Assembly (NCBI GenBank): GCA_031409275.1
Contig: JANNXA010000044.1
Location: 1-64,000 of the forward strand
Length of the DNA stretch: 64,000 bases
DNA from: Planctomycetota bacterium
GTDB lineage: Bacteria; Planctomycetota; B15-G4; SIAN01
Reading direction: 5' to 3'
In this document: one piece after another, positions 1 through 9,219 of the stretch
How positions within the stretch are numbered: position 1 is the stretch's first letter
Layout: each line of letters starts with the position of its first letter
Made by a program: the position numbers and the translations under genes
Notes under the pieces: model-generated
What the model saw: only the letters and a program-made list of their open reading frames with translations
Told to the model about the DNA's origin: nothing
Database searches by the model: none

Positions 1-183
1 TAGCCCGGTTTATTCACGAGCCCCGTCGCGAGGCGACGGGATGTCGGCGCAGGACGAGGAGGGAAATCGCGGCTCCGACGATGCGGGTCTGCCGACCCGC
101 TGAGGAAGGAGCGCGGTTTTCCGACGATGTCATGCGTCGACAGACCGAGCTGCAGCAGGGCGCTCGTGAATAAAGCGGGCTAG
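1..183. mobile_element. MITE-like palindromic element (non-autonomous)
   Basis: Terminal inverted repeats tagcccggtttattcacgagc (1-21) and gctcgtgaataaagcgggcta(g) (162-183) match 20/21. Ends are (C)TAG and the interior folds into a long hairpin. No transposase in the window. Confidence 0.75.
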
Positions 184-195
184 AACGACGCGCGC

Positions 196-1860
196 ATGGC
201 CACCGATGTTCGACACCACCGCAGAGAGCGTCAGCCCGGTCACTCGGCGCAGCCGCCCCACCGTGGCGCGAGCTGCGCGATCGCCGTGCTCGCGGCGACG
301 CTCCTCGCCACTTGCGGCGCACCTCCGCGCGACGACGCGTCGGCGGCTTCCGCCGCGGCAGAGTCGCCGCTCGCGACCACGACGACGCCTGCTCTCGCGG
401 TCGCGCCGCAACGTCTCGCGTTCGGTGCGGTGGCGCGCGGCGCGCCGCTCGACGGCCATTTGACGTTGGCCAATCGCAGCACGGAACTGCTTTGGATCGA
501 CGAGCTGCAACTCGACGGCGCGCCCGCGCGCCTTCGTTTCGCCGGCGCTGATGGCGTGCCGACGCTCGTCGACGCACGCGACGAAACGACCGGCGGCGAG
601 GCGACCGCGCCGACTGCATCACGTCGCCTTGCGCTGCGACTGGCGCCCGGCGCCAACGCCACCCTCGACGTTTCGATCGTCACCGACGAACTCGCGAGCG
701 GGCCGGGCAACGCTCGGCTGCGAATCGGCTTCAGCAACATCGCACCCGCCACCGACGATCGCTTGCCGGCGCACTCCATCGCGATCCCCGTCGAGTTCAT
801 CCTCGGCGCGCCCGCCGGGTCGACACCCCTGGTCGCGCAGCCGGCGGTCATCGACTTCGGCAACGTCTTCGTCGGCGAAGTGCTCCACCACGAGGTCTTG
901 CTGTCGAATCCGGGCCCCGGCGACGTCGTGCTCACCAAGGTGAAGAACTCGTGCTCCTGCACCGCTTCTGCGCTCGAGATCGATGGCCGGCGCTTCAGCG
1001 CCGCCGAGCTCGAGCAGACCGATCACCTCGGCACCCTCTCGCCCGGCGAAACGGCGCGCCTCGAGGTCGAACTGCTGACGACGCGCGTCGCGCGGAAGCA
1101 GTCCTCGCTGCACCTGAGCAAGGTGATCCTCGTTCACACCGACGATCCGAGCGCACGACCGCTCGCGGTTTCGCTGCGCGCGACCATCTCGACGCCCTAC
1201 TTCGCCGAGCCGGAGACGCTCGACCTCGGCCGCGTGCGCGTGGGGGCGAGCGCGACCGCCGTCGCACGCCTCTCCTCCGATCAGCTCGGCGAGTTCCGCA
1301 TCACGTCGGCGACGTCGGGCTGCCCCGAAGCGCTGCGCGCCCGCATCGAACGCGAGCAGGAGGCTCCGGACGCGCGGGTCGCATGGCGGCTGCACGTCGA
1401 ACTGTTGCCTGGCGCGCCGCTCGGGACCACGCTGACGCAGGTCGAGCTCGCCGTCGATGACCCGCGGCTTCGCACGATCGTCGTGCCGGTGCAGTTCACG
1501 ATCGAGCCCAACGTCGACTTCCTCGACAACCGCCCCGATCGCCTGGAACTGCTCGACTTCGGGCAGGTCGTCATCGGAGTCGGAGCGACGCTCGAACTCG
1601 TCATCGAGAACCGCCACCCCGAGGTCCCCTACCGGCCAGGCAAGGTGGAGCTGGCGCGCGGACGTCCGACCAGCACCGGCATCGCCGTGGAGCTGATCGA
1701 GAAGGTCGCCGGCACCAGCTACGTCGTTCGCCTCACCGCGCCGCCCGCGCTGGGACGTGCCACGTTCTTCCAAGGCGAGGTGGTGATCACCGCCGACCAT
1801 CCCGAGATCCCGGTGAAGCGGTTTCCCTATCGCGGCTGGTACAAGCCCGCCGGCGGGTGA
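196..1860 (+). CDS. DUF1573 / Ig-like (ASH, choice-of-anchor D-like) repeat lipoprotein
   Basis: Lipobox-like LLATC. Repeated P..(L/I)DFG.V strands; VKNSCSCT and TSGCP motifs typical of DUF1573; LSPGETARLEV. Start codon uncertain. Confidence 0.7.
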   Translation: MATDVRHHRRERQPGHSAQPPHRGASCAIAVLAATLLATCGAPPRDDASAASAAAESPLATTTTPALAVAPQRLAFGAVARGAPLDGHLTLANRSTELLWIDELQLDGAPARLRFAGADGVPTLVDARDETTGGEATAPTASRRLALRLAPGANATLDVSIVTDELASGPGNARLRIGFSNIAPATDDRLPAHSIAIPVEFILGAPAGSTPLVAQPAVIDFGNVFVGEVLHHEVLLSNPGPGDVVLTKVKNSCSCTASALEIDGRRFSAAELEQTDHLGTLSPGETARLEVELLTTRVARKQSSLHLSKVILVHTDDPSARPLAVSLRATISTPYFAEPETLDLGRVRVGASATAVARLSSDQLGEFRITSATSGCPEALRARIEREQEAPDARVAWRLHVELLPGAPLGTTLTQVELAVDDPRLRTIVVPVQFTIEPNVDFLDNRPDRLELLDFGQVVIGVGATLELVIENRHPEVPYRPGKVELARGRPTSTGIAVELIEKVAGTSYVVRLTAPPALGRATFFQGEVVITADHPEIPVKRFPYRGWYKPAGG

Positions 1861-1903
1861 GCGGCGCCGCGAGGCGCGCGCAGGCACGAAGCGGAGTCGA
1901 CCG

Positions 1904-4057
1904 ATGCCGCAGCGACGCGATCGACGGGCGGCGCCCACCAAGGTCGTGGCATCGCGCGCGGCAGCGTGCGTGGCGGCGGCGTGCGTGGTCGCCTGCGGCG
2001 CGCCGATCGGCCGCGAGACGGCGGCAACGGCACCGAGCCACCTCGCGCTGCTGGTTGGCATCGACGAGTATTCGCCGGCAGCCGGATCGCGCCGGCCCGA
2101 TTCGTTGGCCGGCGCGAAGCGCGACGTCGAGCTGGCGCGTTCCGTACTGGTCGATCGATTCGGCTTCCCCCTCGAGTCGATCCGGATGCGCTGCGATTCC
2201 GAGGCGACGCACGAACGGATCGTGCGCGACTGGAAGGAGTGGCTGATCGATCGAGCCGGCGCCGAGACGGAGGTCGTCTTCTGGTTCTCGGGACACGGTT
2301 CGCGCTGCCCCGACGCGGCAGCGGGGCGCGGCGGCGAGGTCGGCGGCTACGACTCGACTCTTGCGACCTACGACAGCCGAGTGCCGCCGACCATCGGGGT
2401 CGACGGCAAGACGACGGCGCGCGGTGGCTACGACTTCACCGACGATGAGCTGCACTCGCTGCTGCGCGCCCTCTCGACCCGGACGTCGCGGATCACCGTC
2501 GTTACGGACTCCTGCCATTCCGGCGGCGTCACGCGCGGCGGCCCGAGAGTTCGCTTCACCGGCGACTTCGAACGATCGCTGGAGCGCGAGGACATCGCCG
2601 ATTTCTGGCCACAGGACGTGCCGTTCCTGGAGGACGGCGATCCGGCGCGAGCGGCGCCGACTCCATGGGTGCATGTCGCCGCCTGCGCGTTCGACCAATC
2701 GGCGGTCGAGTACGTCGCGACGGCCGCCGACGGGGCCAAGCTCACCAACGGCGCGCTGACCTTCTTCCTCGCGCAGGAACTGCGCTGCGCGCCAGCCGAC
2801 GATTCGTGGCGTTCGTTGACCCGTCGCGTCGCGCTCGACATCAGCAGTTTCCATCGCGAGCAGCAGGTGCAGGCGGAAGGAGAGCTCGATCGCGAGATCT
2901 TCGGCACACGAACGCGGCGACCACCAGGCTTCGGGGCATGGGTCGGCCCGGCGTCACGCCTGATCGACGTCGATGCCGGCGCGCTCCAATTGCTCTCCGT
3001 CGGTCAGCGGCTCGCAATCGTGGAGGAGGGCGGCCAGCCACTCGGCGAGGCGATCGTGACGCAGGTCGCTCCGGCGACCTCGATCGCGCAGTTCGAGGGC
3101 GAGCTGCCGGCGCTGGCCCAAGTGACCGCGGTGCGCGCGCTGCCGCAAGTCGCTCCCGACGCCAATCCCCTCACGCTCCACATCGCCCCCGACCCGCGTC
3201 TCGACACGCTGGTGGCCGAACTCTCGAAGCCACTCGCAGCACCGTCGGCCGAACCGACCGCCGAGGTGCCACCCCTCGTCGTCGAGCGCGACCGGTTCGG
3301 CTCCGCGCCGCTCGAACTGCGCGCGCGCGACACCGGCTTCGAGCTGCTCGTGCGGCCCGCGGGTCCGACGCGCGCGCGCTTCGACACCATCCCGACCGCT
3401 GAGCGCGTGCGCGCCGTCGTCGCAGAGGAGCAGCGTTATCGCGAGCTGCTCGCGCTTGGCGGACAGACCGGGTCGTTTCGCGTCGAGGCGAAGCTGGAAT
3501 TGGCGGCGCCCTTCGCGGCGCAGGTGCACGCCGACGGCAGGACCGGCTGCGTCCGCATCGACGACGATCCATCCGCGACCGAGCAGGCCGACCTCGTCTT
3601 GACGCTCGATCCGACGACCTGCGACGCACCGCTCTGGCTGACCGTCTTGCAGGTGAGCGAGGATCGAACGATCACCCGCCTCGTCCCGACGACCGACGGT
3701 GCACGCGACTCGATCCTCTTCCCCGGCAAGCCGACGCGGCTGCCGCTGTCGCTCGACGCAACTCGTCTCGACGGGCTGGCGCGCGACGGCATCGACCGCC
3801 TGCTGATCTTCGCCACCGAGGACTACGCCGACTTCGGGCCCTTCCTCGACCGCAGCGGCACGTTTCGATCGGCGGAGGAGACGGCCCGCGCGGTGGCGAC
3901 GCGCGGAGGTCGGTCGCTGCCGGGCGCTCTCGCCCGCGCCCTGGTGGCCGCTCCAACGCGCTCTGCCGACGCCTCCGAACGCTTCGGCGTCGCGGTGCTC
4001 GACGTGCAGCTGCTCACGACCGGAACTGCGGCCACGGGCGCTGCGCCGAGCCGTTGA
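1904..4057 (+). CDS. Caspase-family (C14, metacaspase-like) protease, probable lipoprotein, with C-terminal DUF4384-like domain
   Basis: LALLVGIDEY, FWFSGHGS (catalytic His), TDSCHSGG (catalytic Cys), GALTFFL. N-terminal hydrophobic stretch ends in VVAC. Confidence 0.9.
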   Translation: MPQRRDRRAAPTKVVASRAAACVAAACVVACGAPIGRETAATAPSHLALLVGIDEYSPAAGSRRPDSLAGAKRDVELARSVLVDRFGFPLESIRMRCDSEATHERIVRDWKEWLIDRAGAETEVVFWFSGHGSRCPDAAAGRGGEVGGYDSTLATYDSRVPPTIGVDGKTTARGGYDFTDDELHSLLRALSTRTSRITVVTDSCHSGGVTRGGPRVRFTGDFERSLEREDIADFWPQDVPFLEDGDPARAAPTPWVHVAACAFDQSAVEYVATAADGAKLTNGALTFFLAQELRCAPADDSWRSLTRRVALDISSFHREQQVQAEGELDREIFGTRTRRPPGFGAWVGPASRLIDVDAGALQLLSVGQRLAIVEEGGQPLGEAIVTQVAPATSIAQFEGELPALAQVTAVRALPQVAPDANPLTLHIAPDPRLDTLVAELSKPLAAPSAEPTAEVPPLVVERDRFGSAPLELRARDTGFELLVRPAGPTRARFDTIPTAERVRAVVAEEQRYRELLALGGQTGSFRVEAKLELAAPFAAQVHADGRTGCVRIDDDPSATEQADLVLTLDPTTCDAPLWLTVLQVSEDRTITRLVPTTDGARDSILFPGKPTRLPLSLDATRLDGLARDGIDRLLIFATEDYADFGPFLDRSGTFRSAEETARAVATRGGRSLPGALARALVAAPTRSADASERFGVAVLDVQLLTTGTAATGAAPSR

Positions 4058-4072
4058 GGATCGACGCCCCTC

Positions 4073-4338
4073 CTATTCCCATTTGCCCGTCAGCACGAAC
4101 GCCCCCCACGTCGCCGGCAGCGTGTCGCCGTACTTCTCGCGGTTCTTCTGCAGCATCGCGAGCTGGGCGTTGGTGCGTCGCGAGGTGGATCACGGCGTGA
4201 CGCGGGAGTTCGGCAGTGCCGTACTTCACCTTGTGATGACGCGCGACGGCGCCGGCCTCGCGACGCGTGTCGGACAGCGGCATCCAGGTTCGCGTGAAGC
4301 TGCCGCGGTTCGAAGATGCAGCGGCGACTGGCTCGCCC
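4073..4338 (-). pseudogene. Internally deleted remnant of a CHAT-domain (caspase HetF-associated) protease gene
   Basis: Minus strand reads RGSFTRTWMPLSDTRREAGAVA...ELPRHAVIHLATH, then in another frame NAQLAMLQKNREKYGDTLPATWGAFVLTGKWE*. These match CHAT motifs PL..T..E, HLATH(G) and AQL.ML...P..W.AFVL.G.W. The LSAC catalytic segment is absent. Confidence 0.8.
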
Positions 4339-6474
4339 TCAACGCCGCTCGGTTCCCCTTTCCACCACCCGCATGTCGAGCGCGGCGACGCCCCACGAAA
4401 CCGCCTCGGTCACGCGCATGCGAACGCCGCGAGTGACCGTCCGGCAAGGCGCCAGCGCGTCCTGCAGCGCGACCGGAAGGCGGCTGCCGTCGCCGCGAAA
4501 GCGAGCCGGCTCTTCGGTCGACGCCATGAAGACGCCGCCGCCGCGCTGGAACTCCTTGAAGTCGGCAGGAGTCTCGGTGGCGATGACGAGGAGGCGATCG
4601 ACGGCGGGGCGCTCGAGGCCGGGAATGACGGTCGGAAAGACGCTCAGCCGAATCGTCAACGGCTCGCCCGGCCGCGCGCGGTTGTCAGTGGCGCCGTCCA
4701 CGGGGTAGATCGGCGCCACCGCCCGATCCTCGCTGATGCACAGCACGGCGACGTGCATCGGCTGCGTCCACCCCTTGGCGTCGAGCGTCACTCGCAGGTC
4801 GAGCGCGGCGCCATGCTCGGCATCGGTTCCGACCGGCACTTCGATCCACACGCCGCCGCCTTCCTGAGCGAGGAGCGTGCGTGTCGCCGGATCGCCGGCC
4901 AGCTCGATCGGCGCGAACTCGACCTTGATCGGAGCTCCGCCTCGAGTCGAGGCAAGCGCCAGAAGCTCGCGGTAGCGCAGCTCGTCGGCCGCGTTCGCGA
5001 GGAGGGTCGGCCAATCTTCATGCTCGGCCACCAACCGATCGGGAAGCGTCATCACTCCGAAGCGACCGTCGTCGCGCGGCGCGATCGCGAGCGCCGCCGT
5101 CCGCGGCAGATCGCGGAACACGCAGAACCGCGGCGCTTCGGACGCCGCGAGGCGGGCCGCCAGATCGTCGAACTGGGCGCCAGCGGCAACGAAGACTTCG
5201 AGCGGCGGGGCGCCCGGTGGGCGCGCGACCTCGGTTGCCCGAACCGCGCGGCGCGCGGGTGGCACCGCGACCGAGTCCGGCAGTCGCGCGGTGGCGCGGT
5301 TGGGACCGGCCTCGACGACCTCGGCCAGCCCGATTGACGCGCCCGCATCGTCGCTCAGCTCGACCTGCGAACCGACGCGCAGCAGCTGCAGCGTGCCGGC
5401 GAAGAGCTGCGCGGAGCGGCCGTCGGCTGCGAGCTCCGCCGCGAACCCGCGTGGCGGCGGACCGAATTCGCCGGCAAACAGCTTCCGGTCGAGATCGCCC
5501 TCCGCCTGCACCTGTTGATTGCGGTAGTGGTTGGAGACGTCAAGCGCCGTCCGCCGAGCGAGCGTCGCATAGGTGAGGCCTGGTTCGGCACGTTCGAGCG
5601 CGTCGCATAGAAACCAGGTGAAGGCTCCGTGCGTACGCACCGTGCCGTCGGCCAGCACGATCGGGTGCTCGTGCGCCGGATCACGGTGGGTGCAGGCGGA
5701 CAGCGCAACATGCGGTACCGACTCACCGCGGCGCGGGTCGTCGTCGTCGATCCAGTCGACCTCGTTCGGCCAGAACGCCGCGACGTCCTCACGGCGCAGC
5801 GAGCGCTTCGCACTCTCAGCGAAGCGCACCACGGAAGGTGCCGCGCCGCCGCCCGCCTCACCACCGCCGCGCGTGGCGCCCCCCGCATGACAGGAATCGA
5901 GCACGAACGTGATGCGCGTCGTCCGTTTCGCCAGCGCACGCCGCAGCGAGTAGAGCTCGTCGTCGGTGAGGTCGAAGCCGGGCCGTTCACCGCCGTCGCG
6001 GCTGTCGAAGCAGACCAGCGTGTTGTCCTTGCCATCCTCTTCGCGCGCGGCAGCGTCGGGCGCCAGCGAGCCGTGGCCCGAGTACCAGAAGAGCGCCTCG
6101 GTCTCCGGTCCGGCGCGCGCGATCAGATGGTCGTGGAACGCCTGCACGACGGCCGCGTGGGTCGCCTGAGCGTCCTGCAACGTGACGATGTCGTTCTCGG
6201 AGAAGCCGAAGCGGCCGATCAGCAGCGCCCGCGCGCGCGCGATGTCGTTCTTGGCACCGCTGAGCGTGGCGGGCCGCAACGACCCGGCAGCCGGCGAGTA
6301 TTCATCGATTCCGACCAGCAGGGCCAGCCGCGTCGGTGCCGCGCCGACGCCGGGCGTCGCACGAAGCGCGGTCGGCTCAGCGGAAGCCTCCTGCCTCGCG
6401 CCTCGCGCCACCGCCGATGAGTCGAGCGCTGCCGCCAGCGCCCCGATCTTCATCCACGCCGTCCATGGGCGCAT
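4339..6474 (-). CDS. Caspase-family (C14) protease, paralogue of 1904..4057, probably exported
   Basis: LALLVGIDEYSPAAGS, FWYSGHGS, LDSCHAGG, HGAFTWFL. ATG at 6474 is preceded by GGAGCGGAG. Confidence 0.9.
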   Translation of the reverse strand: MRPWTAWMKIGALAAALDSSAVARGARQEASAEPTALRATPGVGAAPTRLALLVGIDEYSPAAGSLRPATLSGAKNDIARARALLIGRFGFSENDIVTLQDAQATHAAVVQAFHDHLIARAGPETEALFWYSGHGSLAPDAAAREEDGKDNTLVCFDSRDGGERPGFDLTDDELYSLRRALAKRTTRITFVLDSCHAGGATRGGGEAGGGAAPSVVRFAESAKRSLRREDVAAFWPNEVDWIDDDDPRRGESVPHVALSACTHRDPAHEHPIVLADGTVRTHGAFTWFLCDALERAEPGLTYATLARRTALDVSNHYRNQQVQAEGDLDRKLFAGEFGPPPRGFAAELAADGRSAQLFAGTLQLLRVGSQVELSDDAGASIGLAEVVEAGPNRATARLPDSVAVPPARRAVRATEVARPPGAPPLEVFVAAGAQFDDLAARLAASEAPRFCVFRDLPRTAALAIAPRDDGRFGVMTLPDRLVAEHEDWPTLLANAADELRYRELLALASTRGGAPIKVEFAPIELAGDPATRTLLAQEGGGVWIEVPVGTDAEHGAALDLRVTLDAKGWTQPMHVAVLCISEDRAVAPIYPVDGATDNRARPGEPLTIRLSVFPTVIPGLERPAVDRLLVIATETPADFKEFQRGGGVFMASTEEPARFRGDGSRLPVALQDALAPCRTVTRGVRMRVTEAVSWGVAALDMRVVERGTERR

Positions 6475-6723
6475 CGCTCCGCTCCACTGATGACACCCCG
6501 ATCGATGGGGTGTGCGAGCGCGGCGCATGCCCACAGGGGGCGAGCGAAGCTACCGCCGCGACCGGGAGAACGCCGCAGCGTGCCACCCGCGTCCAGCGCC
6601 GCCACGCCGGCCCATCCCTGCAGCCGACCGTGCCGCTCGGTAGTGTCCTCGTGGTCGCACGAACCCCATCACCCGGCCGCTGCGATCACTCCATCTCTCT
6701 CGAGTCCAACTCCTCCGAACGTC

Positions 6724-8193
6724 ATGAACACCAAGAAGAAGAGCCGCCGCGCACCCGCAACCGCCACGAAGAAGCACGCGAAGAAGCCACTCGCCAGGAA
6801 GGCGCTGGCGCGCAAGCGCGCGGCGGAGGGGAAGGCATCGCCCACGCGGAAGCGCGCTCGCAAGGTCGCGACGAAGGTGGCCGCCCGGCCGCGCGTGGTC
6901 GCGATGGCGCTGCCGTCCGATCTCGTCCCGTCGAAGGAGGGGGCGAGCCTCATCCACGATTGGAACGCGGATGGCGCGCGACCGACCCGCAAGCTCGGCT
7001 TCGTCGACGAGACGTTGCGCGACGGCCTGCAGTGCCCGTCCGTGACGGACCCGCCGGTCGAGAAGAAGATCGCGATCCTGCGGTTGATGGTGGCTCTGGG
7101 CATCGACGCGGTCGACATCGGCCTGCCGGGCGCCGGCGGCATCGTGAACCAGCACGTCGAGCAGCTGCTGCGCGTCATCAAGGATGAGCAGCTGCCGATC
7201 GAGCCGAACTGCGCGGCGCGCACCGTGGTGCGCGACATCGCGCCGGTTGCCGAGATCCAGCAGCGCGTCGGCCATCGGCTCGCGGTGTCGATGTTCATCG
7301 GCTCGAGCGCGATCCGGCAGTACGCCGAGGACTGGACGCTCGACAAGATGCTGAAGGCTTCGGAGGAGGCGCTCGCCTTCGCGAAGAAGGAAGGGATCCC
7401 GATCCTCTACGTGACCGAGGACACAACCCGTGCCCGGCCCGAGACGATCGAGAAGCTCTATGGCCTCGCGCTCGATTACGGGGCCGAGCGGCTCATCGTC
7501 TGCGACACCTGCGGCCACGCGACCCCAAGCGGCGTGAAGCGGCTGATCGCGTTCGTGCAGGCGCTGGTGAAGAAGAAGAAGTCGACCGCGAAGATCGAGT
7601 GGCACGGCCACATGGACCGCGGGCTCGGGGTCAACAACTCGATCGCGGCCTTCGAAGCGGGCGTCGATCGCGTGCACGGCTGCGGGCTCGGCATCGGCGA
7701 GCGCGCCGGCAACACGCCGCTCGACCTGCTGCTGGTGAACCTGAAGTTGATGGGCTGGATCGACCACGACTTGTCGCGACTGGGCGAATACTGCCAGCGC
7801 GTCGCCGAAGCGGTCGACGTGCAGATCCCCTACAACTACCCCGTCTTCGGCAAGGACGCCTTCGAGACCGGCACCGGGGTCCACGCCAGCGCGGTGATCA
7901 AGGCGCTGAAGAAGGGCGACACCTGGCTCGCCAACCGCGTCTACTCCGGCGTGCCGAGCGACCTGTTCGGCCTCTCGCAGAAGATCGCCATCGGCCCGAT
8001 GAGCGGCAAGTCGAACGTCGAGTTCTGGCTCGAGCAGCGCGGCATCGCCCGCAGCGACGTGCTGGTCGACGCGATCCTCGCGCGCGCGAAGAGCTCGCGG
8101 AAGCTGCTCGGCGAGGAAGAGCTCTCGCTCCTCGTGCAGGAACTCGGCTCGAGAACGGCCACGCCGGCCACGACGAGCACGGCCTCCTCGTGA
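6724..8193 (+). CDS. leuA: LeuA-family (2-isopropylmalate/homocitrate synthase-like) DRE-TIM enzyme without the C-terminal allosteric domain, with Lys/Arg/Ala-rich N-extension
   Basis: DETLRDGLQ, HGHMDRGLG, GIGERAGNTPL, TGVHASA, GPMSGKSNV. Substrate is not determinable from sequence. Confidence 0.8.
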   Translation: MNTKKKSRRAPATATKKHAKKPLARKALARKRAAEGKASPTRKRARKVATKVAARPRVVAMALPSDLVPSKEGASLIHDWNADGARPTRKLGFVDETLRDGLQCPSVTDPPVEKKIAILRLMVALGIDAVDIGLPGAGGIVNQHVEQLLRVIKDEQLPIEPNCAARTVVRDIAPVAEIQQRVGHRLAVSMFIGSSAIRQYAEDWTLDKMLKASEEALAFAKKEGIPILYVTEDTTRARPETIEKLYGLALDYGAERLIVCDTCGHATPSGVKRLIAFVQALVKKKKSTAKIEWHGHMDRGLGVNNSIAAFEAGVDRVHGCGLGIGERAGNTPLDLLLVNLKLMGWIDHDLSRLGEYCQRVAEAVDVQIPYNYPVFGKDAFETGTGVHASAVIKALKKGDTWLANRVYSGVPSDLFGLSQKIAIGPMSGKSNVEFWLEQRGIARSDVLVDAILARAKSSRKLLGEEELSLLVQELGSRTATPATTSTASS

Positions 8194-8200
8194 CGCAACG

Positions 8201-8235
8201 CGAGCCGTCGCGAGGGTCGACCTCACGACGGCTCG
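8201..8235. terminator. Strong hairpin between convergent genes
   Basis: cgagccgtcg(c)gagg...cctc(a)cgacggctcg stem just after the leuA stop. No U-tract. Confidence 0.45.
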
Positions 8236-8302
8236 CTCGAACTTGGGATCATCCGTTCCTCCCGCGGCGGGCCTCTTCCCCTCCCCGCGCTTCCCGTCGT
8301 GC

Positions 8303-9151
8303 TCACCGCGGGAAGTGCAGCTCCGCCTTCGAGCTCGGGTGGTTGCAGTAGTCGCAGCTGAGGTAGAGCGTGAGCTCGAACGCCGTCGGCTCGATCTCCA
8401 GCCCCGACTGCGCCATCCCGAGCAGCCATCCATCGGCGGCCAGCAGCGCACGGTCGATCGATGCGGTCATCGTCACGTAGTAGTCGTTCTTCTCGACATC
8501 GGGCGTGTCGTCGTCGTCGTGGAACAGCTCCTCGATCTCGCTGGTGTTCCCGAGGTTGCGCGTCCAACCGATGCTGCCGCCGGAGCCGACCGGCGAACTG
8601 CTGGCGCCGACGACGACGGCGCCGCTGCTCGCCACGACGACCCCGCCGCTCGCTTCCGTCGCGCAGCCGGTCGTCGCTTCACCGGCCGCAAGCGTGCCAT
8701 AGGCCTCCGCGCGCGCGTCGGAGCCGGGCGGATCGCTGATCTGCGCACGTGCCTTGAACGAGACCTGTGCTTGCGCGCGACCGCGTCCCTCGGTGTGCGT
8801 GCATGCCGGGCACTGGCGAGTGTGGTGCACCTCCCAGCGCGCGATGGCGGCTGCCTTCGAAGCCTGCGTCAGCGTGATCCGGCTGCCCGGCGAGATGGCG
8901 TAACCGTCGAGATCGAACGGGCGAGCGGAGGCGTCGCAATGGCCGCGGTACTGCGCCAGCGAGCGCCCCACTCGCTTCGACTCGTCGAGCGATTCGTAGC
9001 TCGGCGACTGCGTCTTCGAGACGGTCCAGTCGCACCGATAGACGCCATCGCAGTTGTAGTTCCGGCAGGTCTTGCGCGATTGCCCGCGCGCCGCCGACGT
9101 CGCGCCGGCCATCACCAGCACGACTCGCGCGGCCAGACGAATCCAGGACAT
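8303..9151 (-). CDS. Secreted Cys-containing hypothetical protein
   Basis: Signal peptide MSWIRLAARVVLVMAGATSAARG, RBS AGGAG, 9 Cys including CPACTH and CDYCNH. Confidence 0.7.
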   Translation of the reverse strand: MSWIRLAARVVLVMAGATSAARGQSRKTCRNYNCDGVYRCDWTVSKTQSPSYESLDESKRVGRSLAQYRGHCDASARPFDLDGYAISPGSRITLTQASKAAAIARWEVHHTRQCPACTHTEGRGRAQAQVSFKARAQISDPPGSDARAEAYGTLAAGEATTGCATEASGGVVVASSGAVVVGASSSPVGSGGSIGWTRNLGNTSEIEELFHDDDDTPDVEKNDYYVTMTASIDRALLAADGWLLGMAQSGLEIEPTAFELTLYLSCDYCNHPSSKAELHFPR

Positions 9152-9219
9152 GGCAGGTTCTCCTTGTTCATGGCGCCAGCGCGTGCGTCCGCCCCATGCG
9201 TTCGCGCACGCTGGCGCGA

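Noticed and set aside
8340..8815. c-type cytochrome motifs
   Set aside because: The motifs are CxxCxH, not CxxCH.
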